Shown in pieces: positions 16,427 to 25,182 of a DNA stretch of 32,000 bases (within the stretch, counting starts at the first letter, position 1; the number at the start of each line of letters is the position of its first letter). The position numbers were made by a program, and so were the translations under genes. The DNA lies in the NCBI GenBank assembly GCA_030167145.1, contig CP126532.1:810001-842000 (forward strand), in the 5' to 3' direction. The stretch comes from Ktedonobacterales bacterium. Lineage in GTDB: Bacteria > Chloroflexota > Ktedonobacteria > Ktedonobacterales > JADMIN01. The notes beneath the pieces are model-generated. The model had not been told where the DNA came from, did no database searches, and saw only the letters and a program-made list of their open reading frames with translations.

Positions 16427-18598
16427 ATGCCGAATACCACATCTCGATTGCCAAACGGCGGATCATCCGGGTCCAGTTCCACGTCACCTTCCACGTCGTC
16501 AACCACGGCGACGCAACGCACACAGCCCGCGACAACGCCGAGGCCTAGCGGCACGCTTGTTCGCTCTGCTGGTGGGCCGAACGGTAATGCAGGTCAGCGA
16601 CCCCCTGCACCGCGCCCCGCTGGCGGACCTGGCGCACGTCCGGGCGGACCTGGCGCGCGTCCGGGCGGACCTGGCGCGCGTCCGGGGGGTGGTCCTCGCC
16701 CCGGCGGTGGCGCACGTCCGGGGGGCGGCGCACGTCCAGGCGGTGGTGGGCATCGCCCCGGCGGCAATGGGCGGTCTGGAGGTTCGCGTGGCGGCCCTGG
16801 CGGTCGCGGCGCGCCTGGGATGGGACCGCGCTCGGCTGTGATGGAGAAACCGACGGGGCCAATTGCTATCCCGGCGCAGATCGTCGTGAAGGATCTTGCG
16901 GACCTGCTGAAAATCTCGGTCAATGAGGTGATTCGCAATCTGATCGCCGCTGGTGTATTCGCCAGCATCAATCAGGTTGTCAACTACGAGGCGGCGGCGA
17001 AGGTGGCCACGGAGATTGGCTACGAGCCGGAAGAGGCGCTGGTCGCTGTGCCCACTGGCGCGGCTATCCGTCCGGAGGCGGCGACCATTGGCGCGAAGAC
17101 CGCTGAGCAGGGGCGCATTGTGCGTCCGCCGGTCGTCACGGTGATGGGGCACGTAGACCACGGCAAAACCTCGCTGCTCGATGCTATCCGCAATACGCGG
17201 GTGGCGGCTGGTGAGGCGGGCGGCATTACGCAGCACATTGGCGCCTATCAGGTAGAGGTCAATGGGCGTAAGATCACCTTCCTCGATACACCGGGGCACG
17301 AGGCGTTCACGGCGATGCGCGCGCGCGGCGCGCAGGTGACGGATATCGCCGTGATCGTGGTGGCCGCGGATGACGGCGTGATGCCGCAGACGCAGGAGGC
17401 GATTGACCATGCCCGCGCCGCCAAAGTGCCGCTTGTGGTGGCACTGAATAAGATTGACAAGCCCGGCGCGAACCCGGATAAGGTCAAGCAGCAATTGGCA
17501 GATGTCGGGGTGGTCATCGAAGAGTATGGCGGCGATGTGATCTGCGCGCCCGTCTCGGCGAAGAAAGGGACCGGCATCAACGAACTGCTGGAGATGCTCT
17601 TGTTGGTGGCGGATATAGAAGACCTGCGCGCGAACCCGAATACCAGGGCGCAGGGCGTGATCATTGAGGCGCGGCTTGACAAGAATACTGGCGTCACAGC
17701 GACGGCGCTGATTCAGGAAGGTTCGCTCAAGGTCGGCGACACCATCGTGGTGGGCACTGTGTCTGGCAAGGTGCGCGCGATGTTCGACGACACAGGCAAG
17801 CGCATCAAGAAGGCGACGCCAAGCATGCCGGTGGGCATTCTGGGTCTCTCTGAAGTGCCGGAGGCAGGCGATATCCTGACCGAGGTGGAAGATGAGAAAG
17901 CGGCACGCGCGCTCTTGCAGCAGCGGCGCAACGCTGCCGCCGCCGCGCAGAACGCGATTTCGCTCGACACGCTCTATATGCAGATGCAAGAGGGCAAGGT
18001 CAAGGAACTGAACCTGCTCGTGAAAGCGGACGTGCAAGGCTCCATCGAGGCGCTACGCCACTCGCTCTCGCGCGCGGGCACCGAGACATTGAAGGTGCGG
18101 CTGATTCACGACGCAGTGGGTAATGTCACGGAAACAGATGTGCATCTGGCGTCGGCGTCGAAGGCAATCATCATCGCGTTCAACGTGAAGGTGGATGGCC
18201 CGGCCCAGCGTGTGGCCGCAAATGAAGGTGTGGACATTCGCACGTATACGGTCATCTATAAACTGGTGGATGACATCGAAGCGGCGCTACAAGGCCTGCT
18301 CGAACCGGTCTATAAGGAGCAGGTGGATGGCCATGCCGAAGTCATCCAGACCTTCAAGGCGGGCAAACGCATGATCGGCGGCTGCAAGATTACCAGTGGC
18401 AAGCTGACGCGCTCATCGCGGGTGCGAGTGATGCGCGGCGGCAAGGAGGTCTTCAACGGGCTGATCGAGTCGCTGCGACGCGGCAAAGACGACGTGCGCG
18501 AAGTCCTCAGCGGCTTCGAGTGCGGCATCTTGCTCGAAGATTACAACGATTTGCAGGCCGGCGACATTGTTGAAGCCTACAGCATGGTGCGCGTGTAG
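16427..18598 (+). CDS. infB: Translation initiation factor IF-2
   Basis: I trimmed the ORF to ATG 16427, preceded by GAAGGAG. G-domain motifs: [28 protein letters not shown]. The N-terminus is Gly/Pro/Arg-rich and repetitive. Confidence 0.95.
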   Translation: MPNTTSRLPNGGSSGSSSTSPSTSSTTATQRTQPATTPRPSGTLVRSAGGPNGNAGQRPPAPRPAGGPGARPGGPGARPGGPGARPGGGPRPGGGARPGGGARPGGGGHRPGGNGRSGGSRGGPGGRGAPGMGPRSAVMEKPTGPIAIPAQIVVKDLADLLKISVNEVIRNLIAAGVFASINQVVNYEAAAKVATEIGYEPEEALVAVPTGAAIRPEAATIGAKTAEQGRIVRPPVVTVMGHVDHGKTSLLDAIRNTRVAAGEAGGITQHIGAYQVEVNGRKITFLDTPGHEAFTAMRARGAQVTDIAVIVVAADDGVMPQTQEAIDHARAAKVPLVVALNKIDKPGANPDKVKQQLADVGVVIEEYGGDVICAPVSAKKGTGINELLEMLLLVADIEDLRANPNTRAQGVIIEARLDKNTGVTATALIQEGSLKVGDTIVVGTVSGKVRAMFDDTGKRIKKATPSMPVGILGLSEVPEAGDILTEVEDEKAARALLQQRRNAAAAAQNAISLDTLYMQMQEGKVKELNLLVKADVQGSIEALRHSLSRAGTETLKVRLIHDAVGNVTETDVHLASASKAIIIAFNVKVDGPAQRVAANEGVDIRTYTVIYKLVDDIEAALQGLLEPVYKEQVDGHAEVIQTFKAGKRMIGGCKITSGKLTRSSRVRVMRGGKEVFNGLIESLRRGKDDVREVLSGFECGILLEDYNDLQAGDIVEAYSMVRV
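16622..16684 (+). repeat. Three tandem 21-bp in-frame repeats encoding GGPGARP, with degenerate copies to about 16770
   Basis: ggcggacctggcgcRcgtccg x3 with a single R difference. These are followed by related ggcggtggcgcacgtccg units. Protein reads [48 protein letters not shown]. Confidence 0.9.
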
Positions 18599-18622
18599 TA
18601 CGCGGGCGCGCCAACGGGCTAC

Positions 18623-18656
18623 CTCGCGCATGCTAGCGCGTATGGGCATGCGCGGG
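18623..18656 (+). other. Hairpin just downstream of the infB stop
   Basis: CTCGCGCATGC-(12 nt)-GCATGCGCGGG forms an 11-bp stem including one G-U pair. There is no U-tract. Confidence 0.35.
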
Positions 18657-18851
18657 GGAGCTGAGCCGTGACGCTGCTGGCCGGGAATGTGCCACTATAC
18701 TAATGATCTGGCCCAGTCGGAAACTCAGGAAAATCATGGGCCGGTGGTTTATCGTTTGCGTCCCTGAGGTATGCTTATCGCGCGGCGGAACAGAAGTGTT
18801 CCGCTGGTCGGAGCCGCCCCTGGTTCCGGCTGCATTCGCTGGAGGTGGACT

Positions 18852-19259
18852 ATGTCTAAGAGATGGCGCCAGGATCAACTCGGCGAGGTGATCGCCCACG
18901 AGTTGAGTGATCTGATCCGCACGCGCCTAAAGGATCCACGAGTGGGCTTCGCGAGCATCACGGATGTTGAGGTCACGCAGGACATCCGGCACGCGAAAGT
19001 CTTCGTCAGCGTGATGGGCAGCGAGGAGGAGCAACGCGAAACGCTTGCCACACTCGAACACGCCAGCGGTTTCCTGCGGCACGAACTGGCGCAACGCCTG
19101 ACCGTGCGCCATACGCCAGATCTGCTCTTCCGGCTAGATACATCTATTGAACGCGGAACGCATGTGCTGGGCCTCATCAATCAGGTCAGCGCGGCAGGCG
19201 CTTCGACACCGGCAGCGGCTGAGGAAGCGCAGTCCGCTACCGCCGAGAAAGCGAAATAG
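18852..19259 (+). CDS. rbfA: 30S ribosome-binding factor RbfA
   Basis: I trimmed the ORF to ATG 18852, preceded by GGAGGTGGACT. Sequence RQDQLGEVIAHELSDLI..LKDPRVGFASITDVEVTQDIRHAKVFVSV is typical RbfA. It lies downstream of infB. Confidence 0.9.
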   Translation: MSKRWRQDQLGEVIAHELSDLIRTRLKDPRVGFASITDVEVTQDIRHAKVFVSVMGSEEEQRETLATLEHASGFLRHELAQRLTVRHTPDLLFRLDTSIERGTHVLGLINQVSAAGASTPAAAEEAQSATAEKAK

Positions 19260-19331
19260 ACCAATGTTGCTGTCGGGGACGGCGAGCGCGAGTCATCGTG
19301 CCTGCCGTCCCTTTGCTTTAGATATGCGCGC

Positions 19332-20414
19332 ATGATGAGCGACGTAGAGGAGATCGGGGCAATGGGGAGCGAAGTGAAACGGGACGATACACAGATGGAG
19401 GCGCTGGCGGCAATTCTGGCGGGCGGCATTGACGCGGGGCTGGCGGAGGCTGGCTGGCGGCTGATCGCGGCGGCGCGGCGCATCGTGCTGCTAGCGCATG
19501 AGCATCCCGACCCGGACGCGCTCGGCTCGGCGCTGGGGCTGGCGCATGCGCTGAGGCCGCTAGGCAAGGAGTGCGTGGTGGCGTGCGCTGATCCCGCGCC
19601 GGAGAACTACACATTTCTGCCTGGGCGAGAGAGCATCGTGACGGCGCTGCCGGATGAGGCGTTCGATCTGGTGATCGCGCTGGATGCGGGTGAGTTGTCG
19701 CGCTATGGGGCGCTGTATACGCGACATCAGGCGTTTTTCGATACGGCGACGATCCTGAATATTGACCACCATATCACGTCGTCGGGATGCGGGCAGGTGA
19801 ATATCATTGATCCCGTATCGGCGGCGACCGCGGAACTGCTGACGTTGTTCTTGCTGGCGCGGGGAGTGGCGATTCCGAAGGTGGCGGCGGATTGTCTACT
19901 GGCGGGAATCATCACCGATACGCGGGCGTTCGAGTTTGATGCCACGACGGCGCGGACACTGATGGCGGGGGCATATCTAGTGGGGCAGGGGGCTGTGCCA
20001 GAGGCAAGCATCAAGCCGGTGTATCGCATGAAACCGCTGGCGAAGGCGCGGCTGTGGGGAGCCGCGCTGGACCGCGAGATGCGCGTGACGGCGGACGGGC
20101 GCGTGGTGTGGACGGCGGTGCGGCAGGCGTATCTGGCGGAGAGCGGGGCGACGGCGGATATGGACGACGGGCTGGCCAGCTATCTGCTGGATATAGACGG
20201 CGTGGGCATCGCGGCGGTGTTCAAAGAGCAGGCTGCGGGCAGCGCGACGAAAGTGAGCCTGCGAGCGGCGGCGCCGTATGATGTGGCGGCTATCGCACGT
20301 CGGTTCGGTGGCGGGGGACATGTGCACGCGGCGGGTTGCACGCTGGCGATGAGCGTGGACGAGGCGATCCACGCGCTGACGCCGGAGTTGGAGGCGGCGG
20401 TGCGGGGTAAGTAG
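19332..20414 (+). CDS. nrnA: DHH/DHHA1 phosphoesterase, NrnA-type oligoribonuclease / pAp phosphatase
   Basis: HEHPDPDALGS, NIDHH, ITDTRAF and GGGGHVHAAG motifs. The infB-rbfA-nrnA synteny is known from actinobacteria. An alternative start at ATG 19362 has GAGGAG upstream. Confidence 0.85.
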   Translation: MMSDVEEIGAMGSEVKRDDTQMEALAAILAGGIDAGLAEAGWRLIAAARRIVLLAHEHPDPDALGSALGLAHALRPLGKECVVACADPAPENYTFLPGRESIVTALPDEAFDLVIALDAGELSRYGALYTRHQAFFDTATILNIDHHITSSGCGQVNIIDPVSAATAELLTLFLLARGVAIPKVAADCLLAGIITDTRAFEFDATTARTLMAGAYLVGQGAVPEASIKPVYRMKPLAKARLWGAALDREMRVTADGRVVWTAVRQAYLAESGATADMDDGLASYLLDIDGVGIAAVFKEQAAGSATKVSLRAAAPYDVAAIARRFGGGGHVHAAGCTLAMSVDEAIHALTPELEAAVRGK

Positions 20415-20424
20415 AGCGAGGGTG

Positions 20425-21249
20425 TCACGTGAGATGGGCGAGGGCGGCGCTGGCCTCCCAGAGGCGCTGCTGGATAGCGGGAGTACGAGTGTAGTCGCTG
20501 GATTTGCTTTGGGTTGTGCCTTTGAAGAAGCGTCCGCTGGCGCGCTCGATTTCGGGCGAGGAGGCGAGGTAGAGCAGGGCGCGGGCGGCTTTTTCCGGTG
20601 GGGAGGCGAAGGCGCTCAAGAGGGCACGGACCGGGGGAGCGGCTTCGCGCATCAGGCCAGATTTGACGAGACCGGGGAAGAAGGCGTTGACGGTGACACC
20701 AGCGGGGGCGAGGCGGTCGGCCAGGTCATAGGTGAAGAGCAGGTTGCAGGCTTTGGAGGCGCCGAAGGCATGGGCGGCGCGGAAGTGGCGCTTGCCCTGC
20801 AAGTCATCGAAATTGAGTTTGGTGGTGGAGGGGGCAGTGACGTTGATGACGCGCGAGGGAGCGGCGGCTTTTAGGGCGTCAAGTAGGAGGTTGGTGAAGA
20901 GGAAAGGGCCGAGGTGATTGGTGGCAAACATGGTTTCCAGGCCATCAGCGGTTTCGATGCGTTTGCTCTTGTAGACGGCGGCGCTGTTGATGAGCACGTC
21001 GAGGCGGTTGTAGCGACGCAAGAAGGCCGCGGCGAGATCGCGCACGGACTGCTGGGAAGAGAGGTCGCCCAGCAGCAGGCCGACGGTGGCGTTTTTGGTC
21101 GCCTCCTGTATCTCCGATCTGGCTGCTTCGCCACGGGCGCGGTCGCGGCAGACGAGCAGGACGGTAGCGCCCTGCCGCGCGAGTTCCAGCGCGGCGGCTT
21201 TGCCCAGCCCGCGATTGGCTCCGGTGATGACACAGATCTTGCCGCGCAT
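20425..21249 (-). CDS. SDR-family oxidoreductase (short-chain dehydrogenase)
   Basis: I trimmed the ORF to ATG 21249, with GAGGTG upstream. Contains the TGANRGLG cofactor motif and the NSAAV and YGASKACNL (YxxxK) regions. Confidence 0.85.
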   Translation of the reverse strand: MRGKICVITGANRGLGKAAALELARQGATVLLVCRDRARGEAARSEIQEATKNATVGLLLGDLSSQQSVRDLAAAFLRRYNRLDVLINSAAVYKSKRIETADGLETMFATNHLGPFLFTNLLLDALKAAAPSRVINVTAPSTTKLNFDDLQGKRHFRAAHAFGASKACNLLFTYDLADRLAPAGVTVNAFFPGLVKSGLMREAAPPVRALLSAFASPPEKAARALLYLASSPEIERASGRFFKGTTQSKSSDYTRTPAIQQRLWEASAALAHLT

Positions 21250-21355
21250 ACGCACTTCACCTCGCTCATGCAAAATGAGAGCGACGCCCGGCGCGCCAGC
21301 GCGAGATGTCGCTCTTCTGGTCGGCATCTATTGTGCGCGCTCAGGCTGGTGTCGC

Positions 21356-21377
21356 ATACTGTACGAAAGTACAGTAT
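21356..21377. promoter_or_regulatory. AT-rich perfect inverted repeat (9+4+9): operator-like, or a weak terminator of the PIG-L gene
   Basis: ATACTGTAC-GAAA-GTACAGTAT sits in an AT-rich patch of an otherwise GC-rich window. It lies 16 nt beyond the PIG-L stop and 107 nt upstream of the SDR start. Confidence 0.5.
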
Positions 21378-21393
21378 TAGTCTATAGTTGCTT

Positions 21394-22107
21394 TTAATTT
21401 AGCGTGAGCCGCTTGAAGGCTTCTGCAAGAGGCAGGCCACCCTCCTGGCCTGTGACTTCGGCGCGGCGACGCCACGAGTGAGCGAGTGCGGCGGGGTCGG
21501 TGGTCTGGCTGGCGTGGGCCAGGCGCGCGGCAATTTTGGCTGCCAACCCGTCGCTGATGTCTACGTAGTGGTCAGGCGTGTTGCTGCTGAAGAGCCAGAC
21601 TTCGGGCACGGCGTGTGGCTGAAGTCCGTCATCGCGCAGGTGTTCGGGGAAATGGAGTGGGTCGCGGGCGTAGGGGTAGGCGGCGTCGAGGGCGACACGC
21701 CCGGCGATGCGGTGGTCGCGGTGGGTGGTATAGGGCGGGAAGGGGTGGATAGGGTCGTGGGTGATGAGCAGGTCGGGACGGTGGCGGCGAATCTCGCACA
21801 CGAGCAGCCCTCGCAGCAGCGTGTCGTCTTCCAGCCCGCCATCAGGCAGCCGCAAGAAGACTGGCTCCTCCGCGCCGACGAAGCGGCAGGCTTCGCGCTG
21901 TTCGGCTTCGCGCCGGGCGGAGACTATCGCGGGGGCTTCAGTGGGGTCGCTGGTGCCGTTTTCGCCGGAGGTGCAGAGGACGTAGACAGCACGCCAGCCC
22001 TGCTTGACAAGCACGGCGATGGAGCCAGCGCACCAGCTTTCGATGTCGTCGGGGTGCGCGGCGATGACGAGGCAGGTATGGGGCGGGACAGCAGGAGTAG
22101 ACATCAT
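21394..22107 (-). CDS. PIG-L / LmbE-family N-acetylglucosaminyl deacetylase
   Basis: LVIAAHPDDIESWCAG and THRDHR zinc-ligand motifs. 237 aa. Confidence 0.85.
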   Translation of the reverse strand: MMSTPAVPPHTCLVIAAHPDDIESWCAGSIAVLVKQGWRAVYVLCTSGENGTSDPTEAPAIVSARREAEQREACRFVGAEEPVFLRLPDGGLEDDTLLRGLLVCEIRRHRPDLLITHDPIHPFPPYTTHRDHRIAGRVALDAAYPYARDPLHFPEHLRDDGLQPHAVPEVWLFSSNTPDHYVDISDGLAAKIAARLAHASQTTDPAALAHSWRRRAEVTGQEGGLPLAEAFKRLTLN

Positions 22108-22224
22108 ACCGGCATTCTAGCACGCTGCGTGCGCCTGCACGCAACCAGCCGCAAGAGTGGCGCGTATGCCATGTGGACGGCGAGGGATACGATGATATGT
22201 TTCAAGCGATGGACACAATAGCCA

Positions 22225-22848
22225 ATGGATGATACCACTAGCGACCTTGAAGAGGGATTGCTGCTCAATGAGCAGGGGCAGCCGTATAGGGCGCTGGTCG
22301 TCTTTGATCGTATACTTGAGCGGCATCCAGAGGATGGTGCCGCATTGAATGGCAAGGCACGCGCGCTACTTGGCATGGGCGAATATCAACTGGCGCTGGC
22401 ACTGTGCGATCAGACGCTAGCGCGCTATCCGCATCTGGCTGGCACAGCGAATACGAAGATCGCCGCGCTGATCGCGCTCGGACGCGCTCACGAGGCACTG
22501 GCGCTAGCGGAGCATGAGTTGGCGGTGGCTCCAGACGATGCGCTTAGTTGGTATAACAAAGGACTGGTGCTGCTTGCGCTCAGGCGCTACACAGAGGCGG
22601 CTGAGGCGTTTGACCGTGTGCTCGCGCTCGATGCGACCTATGTGCTCGCCTGGATAAAGAAGGGCACGGCTTTACTTGGCTGCGACCTGGCAACTGATGC
22701 GCTGGCGATGTTCGAGCATGCGCTCGCCCTCAAGCCGGATGATGCCGAGGCGCAACGCGGCGTAGCAGAGGCCAGGAAGGCGATCAAGGATGGGCGTGTC
22801 AAAGGGTGGTTGCTGGCACTTGCCGTATCCGTGCTCTGGTGGCGGTGA
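22225..22848 (+). CDS. TPR-repeat protein with a C-terminal hydrophobic tail anchor
   Basis: Repeated 34-aa A/L/Y-rich TPR pattern (AWIKKGTALLGCDLATDALAMFEHALALKPDDAEA and similar). C-terminus reads GWLLALAVSVLWWR. Confidence 0.75.
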   Translation: MDDTTSDLEEGLLLNEQGQPYRALVVFDRILERHPEDGAALNGKARALLGMGEYQLALALCDQTLARYPHLAGTANTKIAALIALGRAHEALALAEHELAVAPDDALSWYNKGLVLLALRRYTEAAEAFDRVLALDATYVLAWIKKGTALLGCDLATDALAMFEHALALKPDDAEAQRGVAEARKAIKDGRVKGWLLALAVSVLWWR

Positions 22849-22906
22849 TGGCGTGGGGAGCGTGCATAAGGCGCGAGCAGCCGCGGGCACAGACCGCGCA
22901 TAGCGG

Positions 22907-22930
22907 CGGGCGTCCGCCGGACGCCCCTAC
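22907..22930. repeat. Palindromic GC-rich intergenic element, copy 2. Overlaps the rph stop codon.
   Basis: CGGGCGTCCG-C-CGGACGCCCCTAC. It is 23/24 identical to 12803-12826. It lies between the convergent TPR and rph genes. Confidence 0.6.
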
Positions 22931-23646
22931 AGTTTCGCGTGCTCGCTTTGGATAGTGAATAGCTCGCGGATGCCCTTCTCGGCCAGGGTGAGCAGTTCGT
23001 CCAGGCGGGCGCGGGAGAATGGCTTGCCCTCGGCGGTGCCCTGGACCTCGATGAACTCGCCGGTATTGGTCATCACGACGTTGGAATCCACTTCGGCGTG
23101 CGAGTCTTCGGGGTAGTCGAGGTCGAGCAGCGGCGCGCCTTTCACGATGCCGACGCTGACCGCCGCGACCTGCATCCGCACGGGGTCTACCGTGAGGGAG
23201 CCGCGCTGCTTGAGGGTGGCGGTGGCGCGCTTGAGGGCGATCCACGCGCCGGTGATGGCGGCGGTGCGGGTGCCACCGTCGGCCTGGAGCACGTCGCAGT
23301 CGAGGACGATGGTGCGCTCGCCAAGGGCGCGCATATCGAGGCAGGCGCGCAGCGAGCGCCCGATGAGACGCTGGATCTCGTGGGTGCGTCCGCCGATCTT
23401 GCCGGCGACGGACTCGCGTTGCGAGCGGGTGGTGCCCGCGCGGGGCAGCATCGCGTATTCCGCCGTCACCCAGCCCTGGCCGCGCCCTTCGAGGAAGCCG
23501 GGCACACGGTCTTCGATGCTGGCGGAGCAGAGTACGCGGGTATTGCCGAACTCGATCAGCGCTGAGCCTTCGGCATACTTCTGGAAATCCACGGTCACAC
23601 GCACGGGGCGCAGCGCGTCGCTGGCGCGTCCGTCACTTCTTGGCAT
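22927..23646 (-). CDS. rph: Ribonuclease PH
   Basis: [40 protein letters not shown]...[19 protein letters not shown] is the canonical RNase PH sequence. 239 aa. AAGGGAG Shine-Dalgarno upstream. Confidence 0.95.
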   Translation of the reverse strand: MPRSDGRASDALRPVRVTVDFQKYAEGSALIEFGNTRVLCSASIEDRVPGFLEGRGQGWVTAEYAMLPRAGTTRSQRESVAGKIGGRTHEIQRLIGRSLRACLDMRALGERTIVLDCDVLQADGGTRTAAITGAWIALKRATATLKQRGSLTVDPVRMQVAAVSVGIVKGAPLLDLDYPEDSHAEVDSNVVMTNTGEFIEVQGTAEGKPFSRARLDELLTLAEKGIRELFTIQSEHAKL

Positions 23647-23664
23647 ACTCGCTCCCTTTTTGGC

Positions 23665-25182
23665 TTATGGTACGGCGTCGCCGCTGTCGGATTGTAGCGA
23701 GACGGAGCCGTTTGGGGCCACCACGCAGATCCAGGTGTGGGTACGCTGGAAGAGTTGATACCAGGAGATGGTGAAGGTGGCGATATAGCCGCCGGGATGG
23801 GCAGAGTCGAAGGCGATGGCGGATTGCGCCGTGCCGGGGTACGGGCCTTTCCAGCCGAGGTCTGAGTAGTGAATCCAGTAGTTCACGTTCTGGGTTGCGC
23901 CATGCGCGTCGCCGGTCAGAGGGAAGGTCTCAGGCGCGACGAAGGGCGGATTCTGGTTCGTATCGGGCAGCAGATGGGCTAGGGCGGCGCGGGCGAGGAT
24001 CAGCGCGGTGGCAGGGGAGAGTGTCGCGGATGGGGAGATATGCGCGATCACCAGCGCACCCTGGTCGGTAGTGAGATAGAGCAGCCCGCCCAGGTAGTCT
24101 ACGAGCAAGGGCTGGTCTGGCGGCTGCACGATGCGGAGCGGGAGGGTTGCGACGGTGCGCCCGCTGGTATTAAGGGCGTCGAGTGCGGTGGAGGTGGCGC
24201 GGAAGGCCAGATCGTTTTTGGTATCCCAGCCAAGCGCGGTCGCATTGCGAAGGCTGGGGACGGGCGCAGGTGGCTGCACTGAGGATGTGGCAAGCGCGAG
24301 ACTCGTCACCGTGCCATCGGGTGCGAAGAAATAGAGGGAGTGAGTGGCGGCGTCCAGCGGGCCAAGCGTGGCGGGACCGCTGAGCGGGAGGCGGGGTTCG
24401 GGCGTGAGCGTCCGCGCGTCGTAGGCGGCGAGCGTGGGAGCGGCGCTGCCCGCAATATGGACCAAGGCATAGAGTTGCTCGCGGATGGGATCGAGTTGAG
24501 GGCCGTCAATACGTTCCACGCCGGACGGAAGGGAAGCATGCATGAGCGGGTGGCCGGTGGTGGCGTCGAGGGCGAGCAGTTGGCCACTCGCTGCAATGTA
24601 GAGCATGGAGCCGATGGGAGCGAGAGTGGCGCCGGTGGCCGAGACGCCGGACGGCAACGCATATGCGCCGATGACGGCGGCTGAATCCGTTGAAAAGATT
24701 GTAACGCTATCGGGCGAGACGGCGTAGGCGCGGTGACGGGAGGAGTCGCTGAGGAGCGCGATGCTGCCACTTGCCGCAGCGCCGACACCGGTGAGCGGTG
24801 TCTGCGCGAGTGTGGCCCCGGTCGAGGCGTCGAACACGGCGAAACTCTGAAGCGGCGCGGGGAGCGGGCAGGCGCCAGTGGGCGGACATTGCGGCGAAAC
24901 GGTGGCGCGAGTCAGGGCGACGAGATGGCCGTTCGCGCGGTCCAGCGCGATCTGGGCGTAGCTGACGCCGGGCGGGGTGACAGCGACGACACTCAGCAAC
25001 GGCGCGGCGGGCGGCGGCACGGGTGGGAGGGCGTTGAGGCGGGGGGCGATGAAGCGATGCACGCCGAACGCGCTACCCAGCACGAGGACGACGGCGAGGA
25101 TCGAGCCAGCCGCCCACGGCCAGACTGGTCGCGGGCGGCTCTGTTGCTCTGCGGACGTTGCACCAGAAGAGGACATGCTCAT
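23665..25182 (-). CDS. Membrane-anchored hypothetical protein with a repeat-rich (beta-propeller-like) ectodomain
   Basis: N-terminal single TM segment WPWAAGSILAVVLVLGSAFGV. It is followed by recurring units: FDASTGATLAQTPL, LDATTGHPLMHASL, YDARTLTPEPRLPL. The start ATG overlaps the upstream stop (ATGA). Confidence 0.6.
   Translation of the reverse strand: MSMSSSGATSAEQQSRPRPVWPWAAGSILAVVLVLGSAFGVHRFIAPRLNALPPVPPPAAPLLSVVAVTPPGVSYAQIALDRANGHLVALTRATVSPQCPPTGACPLPAPLQSFAVFDASTGATLAQTPLTGVGAAASGSIALLSDSSRHRAYAVSPDSVTIFSTDSAAVIGAYALPSGVSATGATLAPIGSMLYIAASGQLLALDATTGHPLMHASLPSGVERIDGPQLDPIREQLYALVHIAGSAAPTLAAYDARTLTPEPRLPLSGPATLGPLDAATHSLYFFAPDGTVTSLALATSSVQPPAPVPSLRNATALGWDTKNDLAFRATSTALDALNTSGRTVATLPLRIVQPPDQPLLVDYLGGLLYLTTDQGALVIAHISPSATLSPATALILARAALAHLLPDTNQNPPFVAPETFPLTGDAHGATQNVNYWIHYSDLGWKGPYPGTAQSAIAFDSAHPGGYIATFTISWYQLFQRTHTWICVVAPNGSVSLQSDSGDAVP

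Noticed and set aside
16499-18037. 512-aa minus-strand ORF
   Set aside because: It is entirely antisense to infB, whose identity is unambiguous. The product is Arg/His-rich with no motifs.
21478-22221. 247-aa + strand ORF
   Set aside because: It is antisense to the PIG-L/LmbE deacetylase, which carries the AHPDD and HxDH motifs.
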